The notes beneath the pieces are model-generated. The model was not told the origin of the DNA. It worked only from the letters and a program-made list of their open reading frames with translations, and ran no database searches. This document shows, piece after piece, positions 53,588 to 62,323 of a DNA stretch of 64,000 nucleotides. The DNA is taken from positions 8,758 through 72,757 of the forward strand of contig JBMYNT010000001.1 of NCBI GenBank assembly GCA_049598575.1. Reading direction: 5' to 3'. How positions within the stretch are numbered: position 1 is the stretch's first letter; each line of letters starts with the position of its first letter. The position numbers and the translations under genes are program-made. This DNA is from Candidatus Poseidoniaceae archaeon. Its GTDB lineage: Archaea > Thermoplasmatota > Poseidoniia > Poseidoniales > Poseidoniaceae.

Positions 53588-54844
53588 ATGGGCGATTGGG
53601 ATACGACCGTTCTCTCTGGGCCTGAGGGCGAGGATTGGCGCGTTCCAGTTTCCGAACTTGAGAACCGTCTCGAACGCCTTGCACGAGCCCTCCGTGTTGC
53701 TGCCTTACCAGGTGCGTTGATTCAACATCCTGTTGATTTGTATTATTTCGCTGGAGGTCGTCAGGACGGTTCGTTGTTCGTTCCGGCTGAAGGTACGGAA
53801 GGCGATGGTCCGGTTTTCTTTGTACGCCGATCTCTAGAACGTGCCCGGTTTGAGGCAGGCGGAGACAACGCACCGTTCAAACTTGAATCATTTCCACGGC
53901 TCAGCCAATTCGCAGATGTTTTGAAATCACGAGGTGTTTCAGGAGCACCAGGATTACAGTTTGGTGAACTCCCTTCTTCCTTTGCTCAACGGTTTGCTTC
54001 AGCACTTTCTTCACTAGGAGAATGCAAAGATGTGACGGGAATTGTCCATCGACTCCGAGAGGTCAAATCAGCCTGGGAACAAGAACAAATGGCCCATGGT
54101 GCTGAAATTCAAACTCGAATGTTCGAGGCTGTTGCCCAACTTGGACGCGAAGGCATATCGGAGCTTGACCTTGTTGCAGCAGCGGAATCTGTTAGTCGGA
54201 GCGAGGGCTTCGGTGGCCAAGTTCAGATGCGTCGTTTCCCATTGGAATGCAATCGTGGTGTCATCGTTTCTGGACGAGCCGGAGGTGTACCCTCGTTCTT
54301 TGATTCTGCAGTAGGAGGTTCAGGACCACATCCTCTTGCAGGCATGGGTTCCGGATTCAACAAAATTAAGCCGAATGAACCGGTTTTGGTCGATCTTGTC
54401 CACGTTCATCGTGGTTATGTTGTTGATATGACGCGTATGTTCTCGCTTGGTTCTCTCTCTGAAGAATGGCATCAGCGACTTGATGATATGATTGCTGTCA
54501 AGGATGCTGTGGTCAACGTCCTCGACAAGGGAGGGCTTTGCAGTCAAGCGTGGGTTGAAGGACAAGCTCTCGCTCATGAACTCGGACATGAGCAGCACCT
54601 CATGGGAATGCAACCAGATCAATCGAAATTCCTCGGCCATTCGGTAGGATTGCAACTCGATGAGTCACCTGTTGTTGCTGCAGGTTTTGACCGCCCGCTT
54701 CCCGTTGGTGGTGCTATGGCGATTGAACCGAAACTGGTGTATGCCGAGGGAAGCATTGGTTCAGAAGATACGTGGATTCGAAGTGAAGAGGGTATGCGTG
54801 CTGTTACTGCCCACGATGCTTGGCCATGGTTGACTGAATGGTAG
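53588..54844 (+). CDS. M24 family metallopeptidase (Xaa-Pro aminopeptidase/prolidase-like)
   Basis: Creatinase-like N-domain plus pita-bread catalytic domain (HVHRGYVVDMTR..., GHSVGL...H, AIEP). Confidence 0.65.
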   Translation: MGDWDTTVLSGPEGEDWRVPVSELENRLERLARALRVAALPGALIQHPVDLYYFAGGRQDGSLFVPAEGTEGDGPVFFVRRSLERARFEAGGDNAPFKLESFPRLSQFADVLKSRGVSGAPGLQFGELPSSFAQRFASALSSLGECKDVTGIVHRLREVKSAWEQEQMAHGAEIQTRMFEAVAQLGREGISELDLVAAAESVSRSEGFGGQVQMRRFPLECNRGVIVSGRAGGVPSFFDSAVGGSGPHPLAGMGSGFNKIKPNEPVLVDLVHVHRGYVVDMTRMFSLGSLSEEWHQRLDDMIAVKDAVVNVLDKGGLCSQAWVEGQALAHELGHEQHLMGMQPDQSKFLGHSVGLQLDESPVVAAGFDRPLPVGGAMAIEPKLVYAEGSIGSEDTWIRSEEGMRAVTAHDAWPWLTEW

Positions 54845-54893
54845 GAACCATGCATCACGGTGCGTTCAAAGAGGTGGAATGTGAGCGTGCTCT

Positions 54894-55682
54894 ATGCCGG
54901 CTAAGCCATATGCTCCAAGTCACATTGGTTCCGTAGCGTCTACGTACACATCGATGAGGATTGCAGGAGCAGTCAAGGATTCACTCGTTGATTTGGTCTG
55001 TGAAGAATTGGACCGTCTTGTACCTTTGATGGAGGCTGCTACGCTCGATAACGATGCGGAGCGTAAGACACTCGATGATGCACAACGAACCCGGTTGAAT
55101 TACAATCGTACACGTGAACTCATGATCGATCGCATCAAACATGTCGAATCAGTAGGATCTGCTGCAGTCCAAGGTGGAATTGAACATCTTGAGAAATTCC
55201 TTGGCCGATTGATGCGACATTGTGAGGAAGCTGCGAGTCGTGATCGAGTTTCGACCATCAAGCCTCGCCATCTTGAAATCGCGCTCCATTCTATGGGTAA
55301 AGGGACCTCTTCCACAGAAGATGAGGAAGAAGAACATCAGGAGGAAGAAGGTGTTGAAGTTCAGGGAGGTGGTATCATCACCATCACCCATGTCAAATCA
55401 ATGTCTCGAACCCATGCGAAAATGGCCATCACAGATGATGCTGCTGAAGACCTTCTTCTAACGTACGGAGACATGGTTTCCGAACTTGAGAGCGACATTC
55501 GCAAGCATGCGAATCTTGGGCGAGATCCAATGTACTTCATCGATTCCGTTAATCGCCTAAGTGCCTTGATGGCTTTTGGTTGGATTCGACGCATGCTGAT
55601 GAAGGCTGCCGACAATGCTCGAGAACGAGGTTACTCTCGTATCGACATTGAACAAATTGTTCACATCGATCCGTTTGAGTGA
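54894..55682 (+). CDS. Putative tandem histone-fold (doublet) protein
   Basis: Two segments fit helix-loop-long helix-loop-helix with the R-x-T/S-I-K-x-x-[HD]-[LI]-E-[IL]A motif of archaeal histones (RVSTIKPRHLEIAL and YSRIDIEQIVHI), separated by an acidic EDEEEEHQEEEG linker. By-eye assignment only. Confidence 0.4.
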   Translation: MPAKPYAPSHIGSVASTYTSMRIAGAVKDSLVDLVCEELDRLVPLMEAATLDNDAERKTLDDAQRTRLNYNRTRELMIDRIKHVESVGSAAVQGGIEHLEKFLGRLMRHCEEAASRDRVSTIKPRHLEIALHSMGKGTSSTEDEEEEHQEEEGVEVQGGGIITITHVKSMSRTHAKMAITDDAAEDLLLTYGDMVSELESDIRKHANLGRDPMYFIDSVNRLSALMAFGWIRRMLMKAADNARERGYSRIDIEQIVHIDPFE

Positions 55683-56545
55683 CCATGTTGCTTACGTCGA
55701 TTCTTCTCTCTGCATTGTTTGCAGGAATCGTTGCGACATTGGTCACGATTGCAATCGAGAAGTTTGGTGGTCGAACAGGGGGCGTTCTAGCAACCATTCC
55801 AACAACCATCGTACCTGCAGCGCTTGGAATGTACAGCATTTCCGGAGAGACTGAATTTGCTCAATCGATGTCGATTGTTCCTCTCGGTATGATGGTGAAT
55901 GCAATTTTTCTTTTGGTATGGATTCATGCACCTCAGAGATTTGGTTTGTCCCTTGTTGGAACAACGATTCTCTCTCTGATTGTTTGGACATTGATTGGAA
56001 GTCTAGGGCTTCTTGTTTCGAGTGAATTGCAAGCATCCGGTGTTGATGCATTGACCTATGCAGTTTCTGGATTAGGGCTGCTTATTCTCCTTGGTGTTTG
56101 GACGACGTGGACTTCTCGTCCAGCTCCGAAAGGAAGTCGTTCGGTCCGTCCATCGGTGCTTGTTTTGCGTGGTTCTGCCGCTGCAACAGCCATTGGTATC
56201 GCAGTGTGGTTCTCAAGCCTCTCGTATCCATTTGTATCTGGATTGGTCAGCACGTTCCCAGCAATCTTTCTGACCTCGATGATTGCGTTGTGGCTCGCAC
56301 AAGGCCAAGATGTACCTCAAGGTGCAGCTGGACCAATGATGCTCGGTGGGGCGAGTGTAGGCGTCTATGCCGTGGTTGCTATTGTTCTCTTTCCAATGCT
56401 CGGGCCGGTTATGGGTTCGATTGTCACCTGGTTGATTTCGATCGTTGCGTGGACCATTCCGGCCTACATCTATCTTCAATGGCGTCAATCGTTGACAAGC
56501 CTTGACCAACGTTCCGAAGCAGGAACGTCAACGATCTCGAGTTGA
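55679..56545 (+). CDS. Membrane protein (about 8 TM)
   Basis: Hydropathy only. Confidence 0.5.
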   Translation: MTMLLTSILLSALFAGIVATLVTIAIEKFGGRTGGVLATIPTTIVPAALGMYSISGETEFAQSMSIVPLGMMVNAIFLLVWIHAPQRFGLSLVGTTILSLIVWTLIGSLGLLVSSELQASGVDALTYAVSGLGLLILLGVWTTWTSRPAPKGSRSVRPSVLVLRGSAAATAIGIAVWFSSLSYPFVSGLVSTFPAIFLTSMIALWLAQGQDVPQGAAGPMMLGGASVGVYAVVAIVLFPMLGPVMGSIVTWLISIVAWTIPAYIYLQWRQSLTSLDQRSEAGTSTISS

Positions 56546-56781
56546 AGAGATTCAACGCCTTTGATTTCAGAGAGGTGACGACGTAAGGCTCGTGCATCGA
56601 TGAGACAGCACGGACAATGCGGCCGTGAGGGTTGAAAGCGAATACGAACATTGCCTTCTTCAGAGATGTTGACCGCTTGGACATAGGTTGACTCTGTGAG
56701 TGGCTTGTCCATGTGTGGATCTTGCCAATTTCCCATCGCTTTAACCAAGCGACGCTGAAGCTTTTTCTGCAGACGATTCAT
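56485..56781 (-). CDS. DUF59/MIP18-like Fe-S cluster assembly domain protein
   Basis: 98 aa with a P(H)CPC motif; ATGA overlap with xseB suggests coupling. Confidence 0.5.
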   Translation of the reverse strand: MNRLQKKLQRRLVKAMGNWQDPHMDKPLTESTYVQAVNISEEGNVRIRFQPSRPHCPCCLIDARALRRHLSEIKGVESLQLEIVDVPASERWSRLVND

Positions 56782-56999
56782 TCCTTCTTCGCCTCTTCAA
56801 TCATCGCTTCCGCTTCAGGCAAACGCAGGTTTTCGAGACGTCCCTCAGCTTCTTTCAATTCGGCTTGACATCGTTCAAGCAATTTCGAACCTTCTTCGAA
56901 TCGTTCGAGTGTGGCTTCCAAATCCATTCCGCCTCGTTCAAGTTCTGCTACGATGGCTTCCAGTCGTCGTAATGCATCGGAATAGGTCTCTTCGGTCAT
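56778..56999 (-). CDS. xseB: Exodeoxyribonuclease VII small subunit
   Basis: 73-aa helical hairpin (ALRRLEAIVAELERG...LE..LE.FEEG..L); overlaps xseA by 4 nt. Confidence 0.7.
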   Translation of the reverse strand: MTEETYSDALRRLEAIVAELERGGMDLEATLERFEEGSKLLERCQAELKEAEGRLENLRLPEAEAMIEEAKKE

Positions 57000-58243
57000 G
57001 TTTCTTCCTCGTGTTGTCGTATGTTGTCAATGTTTGCGTCGGCTTCACCGTCCGCAAATTGAAGTGAAACAGTCTGTCCTTTGCTGAGTTTCGAAACGCT
57101 GGAGATGACGTTCCCATCACCATCAACACCCATCATGTAACCTCGTTCAAGGACGCGTTTTGGATGAGAGATTTGCAAAGCATTTCCAAGGACAGCGAGC
57201 CGCTGCTTGTGATATTGGAGTGCGGATGTGGTGCGCTGTTGAAGATCGTTCCCGAGTCGTTCGAGATGACGCACTGCTTGAGAGAGGCCTTTGCTTGGAG
57301 CGAGTTGCAATCGAAGTTTGAGTTGTTCAAGTTGTTGACGTGCATCGTTGAATTGGCGAAGTGAACCCTGCAACATTCTGTCTTCGCAATCCATGAGATA
57401 GGCCAAATGGTCGTCAACCAACGGTATGCAACGTTCAACAGCATGACTTGGTGTTGAAGCTCGAACATCAGCGACAAGGTCGCTGACGAGGATGTCCGAT
57501 TCGTGTCCAACTGCAGAGATCACAGGCATGGGCATGGCAGCAATAGCACGGGCTACAGGTTCAAGGTTGAAGGCCCACAAGTCCTCTGGAGAACCGCCGC
57601 CGCGACCAACGATGACAACGTCGCATGGAGGGACTGCGATGGCATCAGCGATGTTGTTTCGGCTGAGTTCTCGTGCAACGGCGAGTCCTCGAACAATTTC
57701 CTCAGCAGCACGGTCACCTTGCACAGTGACGCCTACCACAGTCGTTCGGATTCCCGGCCATCTGGATTGCGACAGTTGCAACATATCCGCCAAGGCTGCA
57801 GAACCTTTTCCTGTCACAATCACGAGATGTTTTGGGAACGATGGGAGTGATTTGCGTGGTCGATCAAGAACGCCTTCTTGACGGAGTTGAAGCAGAAGTT
57901 TTTGCTTCTGTTGTTCCAATGCCCCAATCTTCTGGATGAGCTCGATACGTTCGACTACAATCTGCAGTTGCCCTCGGGCCGGATAGAGGTCAACACTCCC
58001 AATGACGAGAACTTCCTGTCCGTCTTTGATTCCATCTGGGATTCGGCAGCGTCCTTTCCAAATGACTGCACTAATTTGACCACCATCGTCTCGTAGACTA
58101 AAGTAGGTGTGGCCTGAAGGATATGGCTTCCACTGACTGATTTCACCTTTGAGTAAACAATGCTGATTGCGATCATCAGAGCGTAATCGTGCTCGTAATG
58201 CTTGGACAAACTTGCCAACAGGGGTTGGTTCAATTTCGTCCAT
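56996..58243 (-). CDS. xseA: Exodeoxyribonuclease VII large subunit
   Basis: N-terminal OB fold (VWKGRCRIPDGIKDGQEVLVIGSVDLYPARGQLQIVVERIE), catalytic region (VVIVGRGGGSPEDLWAFN) and a C-terminal coiled coil. Confidence 0.8.
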   Translation of the reverse strand: MDEIEPTPVGKFVQALRARLRSDDRNQHCLLKGEISQWKPYPSGHTYFSLRDDGGQISAVIWKGRCRIPDGIKDGQEVLVIGSVDLYPARGQLQIVVERIELIQKIGALEQQKQKLLLQLRQEGVLDRPRKSLPSFPKHLVIVTGKGSAALADMLQLSQSRWPGIRTTVVGVTVQGDRAAEEIVRGLAVARELSRNNIADAIAVPPCDVVIVGRGGGSPEDLWAFNLEPVARAIAAMPMPVISAVGHESDILVSDLVADVRASTPSHAVERCIPLVDDHLAYLMDCEDRMLQGSLRQFNDARQQLEQLKLRLQLAPSKGLSQAVRHLERLGNDLQQRTTSALQYHKQRLAVLGNALQISHPKRVLERGYMMGVDGDGNVISSVSKLSKGQTVSLQFADGEADANIDNIRQHEEET

Positions 58244-58283
58244 GTTCTCTCTTGGTGTCTAAGGTTCTTGAACTCAACTCAAG

Positions 58284-58436
58284 GGTCGTTCATGCGTCGG
58301 TGAAAGGCTTGACGCTTCTCAACTTCTTCGAATTTCTTCTTGAGTTTTCGAACCAGAAATCGACCTGCAATGTACAATGCGATCGAATTGATAACAAGAA
58401 GGACCCATTCGATACCTCCCCATTCCTCAAACATCC
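58284..58436 (-). CDS. Small single-TM protein (51 aa; below the threshold of the ORF track)
   Basis: Translation by hand gives MFEEWGGIEWVLLVINSIALYIAGRFLVRKLKKKFEEVEKRQAFHRRMNDP. Fits the gap between xseA and the ferredoxin. Confidence 0.3.
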
Positions 58437-58443
58437 ATTCACC

Positions 58444-58725
58444 TCAGAGCGGGGGTCTCACATCGATGTCAACGTCTCCTGATGGACAACCAATGCATCC
58501 AAGACGCGCTTGTTCCTCAACCATCTCCTCATCAAGACCTGGTGGAAGTTCCTCAGGGAGTGGAACATCGCCTTTGAGAAGCGTAATCATGCAAGTTCCA
58601 CACGTTCCTGATGTACAATTTGTAGGTATCACAACACCTGCTGTTTCAGCCAATTCAGCAAGTGGTACATCTGGCTCAACAATGGCTTGACCGAGGAGTT
58701 GAACGCCACGGAAAAATCGAACCAC
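58444..58725 (-). CDS. 2Fe-2S ferredoxin (plant-type fold)
   Basis: CTSGTCGTC...C Cys spacing in 93 aa. Confidence 0.6.
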   Translation of the reverse strand: MVRFFRGVQLLGQAIVEPDVPLAELAETAGVVIPTNCTSGTCGTCMITLLKGDVPLPEELPPGLDEEMVEEQARLGCIGCPSGDVDIDVRPPL

Positions 58726-58749
58726 GGCAGGCTGAGTGATGGTTCCACC

Positions 58750-59841
58750 TCAACGGCCTGGCTTGTTACGGGTCCAACGTCCCGTTTGCTTGTTGAAGAA
58801 CAATCCTGCCTTCTTCATCCACTTGTTGAACTTGGTTGCACCCGCACCCGTACGGAGAATGAAGTCTTCTCGGTCTTCTTGTGCTTGGATGTAGCCCTTC
58901 ACCGCAAGGGTTTGGTCAATCCAATCGTTGATGTCCATCAGACCGCCACTGAGACCAGTGGATTCGATTTCAGCACTGATGAGATCGGCTGTTGCTCCAG
59001 TTGCTTCGAGATCCTTACGGAGTTGCTCGTTCACATCGGCAAAGCCCATGTTCGCTGGTTTCGGAGGAACAGGATTTCGTGGAGGCTTGTCGACATCGAT
59101 TGTGATTCGAGAACCGTTTTCGAGGCGAGTGTTGACCATATCGCTGAGTGATGGCGTGAAACTGGTTTCACATTCCCAGCAGATGAGAGCGAAGTCTTCG
59201 CTTCGGTCCATGTCTCGAGATTGACGAGGATCCATCTCATCTCCACATTCTGGGCAAGCGTGGAAAATCAAGGCAGGAACGTGCTTGCGACGGAAGTCGA
59301 CAATGTCTTGCGGCGTACCTTCAAGCTCGAGCATTTCGTGGTCACGAGCGGCTTCCAAGCCACGGGTTTCGAGTTGGTCTCGAATCTTGACCTTCTGGTC
59401 GTCCTTGCCTTCATCATCAAGACTGTTCTCGAGTTTAACAATGAGCTCAACGGTTTTACCGAGTCGGTTCATGATGAGTTTCTTGTCTTTGAATGCAGTG
59501 ACTTTGGCGAGTTTGATGCGCTCTTTCTGCTCTGCAAGTTCGCTGAGAACGTCCTTCTGCTTGCGCTTGAAACGCATTTCTTCGATACGACTTTCTTGCT
59601 TGCGATCAGGTGCGAGAACCTTGGCCAAGAATCGTTCTTTTCCGTGGCTTTGTGGTCCTTCTGCAATAATGCTGATGACACCTTCAGCGATGTCTTGCTT
59701 GAGGCCATAGTTTTCGACGAGCTTTTCAGCATCGATCTTTTTCAAATCGCCAATTTTCAAACCTGCATCAGCGAGCAGTTGTGCGGTTGAGTCGTCGATA
59801 CCTCGACGAAGTAGTGCAAGATAGGTGTCTTTCTTTGCCAT
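58750..59841 (-). CDS. Hypothetical HhH plus C4 zinc-ribbon nucleic-acid-binding protein
   Basis: Two N-terminal helix-hairpin-helix-like motifs (LLADAGLKIGDL), a central CPECG...CWEC ribbon and a basic C-terminus. Confidence 0.5.
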   Translation of the reverse strand: MAKKDTYLALLRRGIDDSTAQLLADAGLKIGDLKKIDAEKLVENYGLKQDIAEGVISIIAEGPQSHGKERFLAKVLAPDRKQESRIEEMRFKRKQKDVLSELAEQKERIKLAKVTAFKDKKLIMNRLGKTVELIVKLENSLDDEGKDDQKVKIRDQLETRGLEAARDHEMLELEGTPQDIVDFRRKHVPALIFHACPECGDEMDPRQSRDMDRSEDFALICWECETSFTPSLSDMVNTRLENGSRITIDVDKPPRNPVPPKPANMGFADVNEQLRKDLEATGATADLISAEIESTGLSGGLMDINDWIDQTLAVKGYIQAQEDREDFILRTGAGATKFNKWMKKAGLFFNKQTGRWTRNKPGR

Positions 59842-59917
59842 ATCATCCCCTCCGACAATGTCAGCCGAGGGGACCTTCCTAAGAAAACCCTCCCCCGCTA
59901 TTGTTTACTCTTAATCA

Positions 59918-60784
59918 TCACATCGAGCCTTTTTCAACCTTCTCTGCAAGTTGAATCCAATCGTCCAACGTCAACTCTTCAGGACGTGCATCCATTATCT
60001 CCAATTCCTGGAGTGATTGCATGGCATCCTTCCATCGCTGAGCATGCCACCCTTTAATTCGCGAAATACGCTTAGGCGCCCTCTTGAGGGTTGAACGAAT
60101 CTTCTTTCTTCGTTGTTCAAATGCAAGATGAATCGTTTGCCGTACGAGTCGCTTATCGACTGAGAACGCTTTGTTGTGCGGGCGCAACTCAATCACTTGG
60201 GATTGGACGGCAGGCTGAGGGCTGAAATGGTGTGGAGCCACCATATGATGTTCGGTGACATCCCAATCCAGTGCAACGGTCATACCGAGTGAACCAACGT
60301 CGGCAGGGTGGTTCATTGACAAGCGCTGGCCAAATTCATGTTGGACCATAAGAACGACGCGTTGCAATACGCCTTCGTGCTCTTTGAGGTGTCGAGTGAG
60401 TTTTTCGATCAATGGCGATGAGATTTGGTAAGGAATGTTTGCAACGACTTTGGTGATGTTCGGTGGCCATGCAGCGTTCAATGCATCATCATGATGAAGG
60501 ATGAGTTGCTTCGAATTCTGTTCTTCACGAAATGCTTCATCGAGGTGCAAAACGGGAGCATCATCGATTTCGATGGCTGTAACGTTTGCACCAGTCTTGA
60601 GTAGGTATTGGGTGAGAGTCCCGGGCCCTGGACCGATTTCGAGAATGTGGTCGTCATTGTTCACTTCAGCAATTGCAACCATGCGTTCAAGCATCGCATC
60701 ATCGATGAGGAAATGTTGGCCCAAATCGGTGTTTGGTGGTTGATAGGCCCGTAGACGGTCAACCAATTCACGTGCAGATTTCAT
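59918..60784 (-). CDS. ksgA: 16S rRNA (adenine1518/1519-N6)-dimethyltransferase KsgA/Dim1
   Basis: GQHFL, LEIGPGPGTLT, NIPY motifs. Confidence 0.85.
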   Translation of the reverse strand: MKSARELVDRLRAYQPPNTDLGQHFLIDDAMLERMVAIAEVNNDDHILEIGPGPGTLTQYLLKTGANVTAIEIDDAPVLHLDEAFREEQNSKQLILHHDDALNAAWPPNITKVVANIPYQISSPLIEKLTRHLKEHEGVLQRVVLMVQHEFGQRLSMNHPADVGSLGMTVALDWDVTEHHMVAPHHFSPQPAVQSQVIELRPHNKAFSVDKRLVRQTIHLAFEQRRKKIRSTLKRAPKRISRIKGWHAQRWKDAMQSLQELEIMDARPEELTLDDWIQLAEKVEKGSM

Positions 60785-61551
60785 GCATTCACCGGGAACA
60801 GGTGGTCGATGAGGCGAGGTTGAAGCGTCCGATCTTCCACTTCAGAAAAGAATCGACGTGCCAGAAGTTCAGCAGAATCAATGCCACATTTTTCGTTCAA
60901 CTCTTGCATCGATGAGAAGCCAGAGGAGCCTCGCAACTCAGCCATTTGCAACGCCTTCTTGTTGCCAATACCTGCGAGAAGTTCGAAGGCGTGTTGTTTC
61001 AAAGAGAGATTTCCTGCTTTGTTGAAGAAGGCATCCACGAAGTGTTTTCCATGCTCCTCGACAAACAACTGGAGAATGAGTGGAAAATCCATCTTCGCTG
61101 AGTTGGACATCTTGTCCATGCGAGCTCCTCCGAGGATGGATCCTGAAGGCGATTCTTTGCCATCGCCTCCGACGTAGATACGCATGCTTGGGAGCAATGC
61201 TTCACTCGATTCGATCGCAATTCGGCAAGGAATGACGGTGTCTTCAGTGAATCCAGTCACAACGCCTTCGGACATATCGTGTTCAACAATTCGGACCCAC
61301 TTTGCATCGTAGAGGGGTTGCCCATCTCGACGGCGTTGTTGCGGTCGTTGGTTGCCTCTGTTGTTGCGACGCTGGTTTGAGCGTTGTTGAGGGCGTTGCT
61401 GACGTTGCGGTTGTTGCTCAGGTTTCTTCTGAGGCTTTGGAATCTCTTTGCGACCGGTAGCAGGAGGAGGCATGGAGGTGTCAACAGTTGGCTTTGCCTT
61501 GTTGAATTTACGAGGTGTGTAATCACGGCCAGGGCGGCTCATGCCAATCAC
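60781..61551 (-). CDS. DUF655 family protein with Q/R/P-rich N-terminus
   Basis: Conserved position between rpoF and ksgA; C-terminal HhH-like fold. Confidence 0.55.
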   Translation of the reverse strand: MIGMSRPGRDYTPRKFNKAKPTVDTSMPPPATGRKEIPKPQKKPEQQPQRQQRPQQRSNQRRNNRGNQRPQQRRRDGQPLYDAKWVRIVEHDMSEGVVTGFTEDTVIPCRIAIESSEALLPSMRIYVGGDGKESPSGSILGGARMDKMSNSAKMDFPLILQLFVEEHGKHFVDAFFNKAGNLSLKQHAFELLAGIGNKKALQMAELRGSSGFSSMQELNEKCGIDSAELLARRFFSEVEDRTLQPRLIDHLFPVNA

Positions 61552-61566
61552 TTCCGGTTATGTTGT

Positions 61567-61938
61567 TCATTCAATGCCAACGTGTTGTCGAACGAGTTCG
61601 ATAACAGCGTTGATGTCTCCATCGTCGATGGATGCTCGACGGCTGGCCATAACGGCCTTGATTTCAATTTCACTGAGCGGCATAAGTTCAGCAAGCTTTG
61701 CAGCGAGTTCTGGGTACTTCTCGAACGCTGGAAGTTCAGCGATGGCGTTCTTGAGCGCTTCGAAGACAGCAGCATCGGTTGGGTATCCGTTGCGGTTGTC
61801 GCTTGCTGCCCACTCAGCGTGGAACAAAGCAGCACGCTGCTCGTAGGTCAAATCTCTTCGACGCTCTTGAGCACCCATCAAAAGGTCTCGAACGGTAGCA
61901 AAATCGACGATTTTCTCTTCTTTAGTCATGGTGATCAC
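61567..61938 (-). CDS. rpoF: DNA-directed RNA polymerase subunit F (Rpo4)
   Basis: 123 aa; follows L21e as in most archaea; Rpb4-like helical pattern. Confidence 0.65.
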   Translation of the reverse strand: MITMTKEEKIVDFATVRDLLMGAQERRRDLTYEQRAALFHAEWAASDNRNGYPTDAAVFEALKNAIAELPAFEKYPELAAKLAELMPLSEIEIKAVMASRRASIDDGDINAVIELVRQHVGIE

Positions 61939-62240
61939 TCAAGAGGGCGGAGGTGTTCTGGGCGGGCGATGACAGTCTTCTGCATGTTTCCGTCCTTCAC
62001 GGAGACAACCCAAGCGACACCTTGTCGCTTCTGGATGAATCCTGTTCGGCCGTGGAATCGGCGGTGAGGCATGCCCATTTGTTGACTACCGTCCAATACG
62101 ATTGCAACTCGGTCACCCTCTTCGTAGTTGTGCATAATGCGGTTGATGTACGTTCGAGAACGGTCTTTTCGTCGTCGACGAAGGATGCTTCGTGTCCCTA
62201 CTCGTTGTCCCTTGGATCGCTTCATTTTAGTGACCTCCAT
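61935..62240 (-). CDS. rpl21e: 50S ribosomal protein L21e
   Basis: KMKRSKGQRVGTRSILRRRRKDR... strongly basic N-terminus and SH3-like core. Confidence 0.85.
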   Translation of the reverse strand: MEVTKMKRSKGQRVGTRSILRRRRKDRSRTYINRIMHNYEEGDRVAIVLDGSQQMGMPHRRFHGRTGFIQKRQGVAWVVSVKDGNMQKTVIARPEHLRPLE

Positions 62241-62291
62241 GGTTCGAAACTTGCATTACGCTGATTCGAGGCATCTCTGCGACCTACCCAC

Positions 62292-62299
62292 TGCATATA
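62292..62299 (-). promoter_or_regulatory. TATA-like box (CTTATATG) about 54-61 nt upstream of the L21e ATG
   Basis: A/T-rich octamer in the 83-bp spacer; would imply a leader of about 30 nt. Confidence 0.2.
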
Positions 62300-62323
62300 A
62301 GCACCGCGATGAATCAAGTCCAC

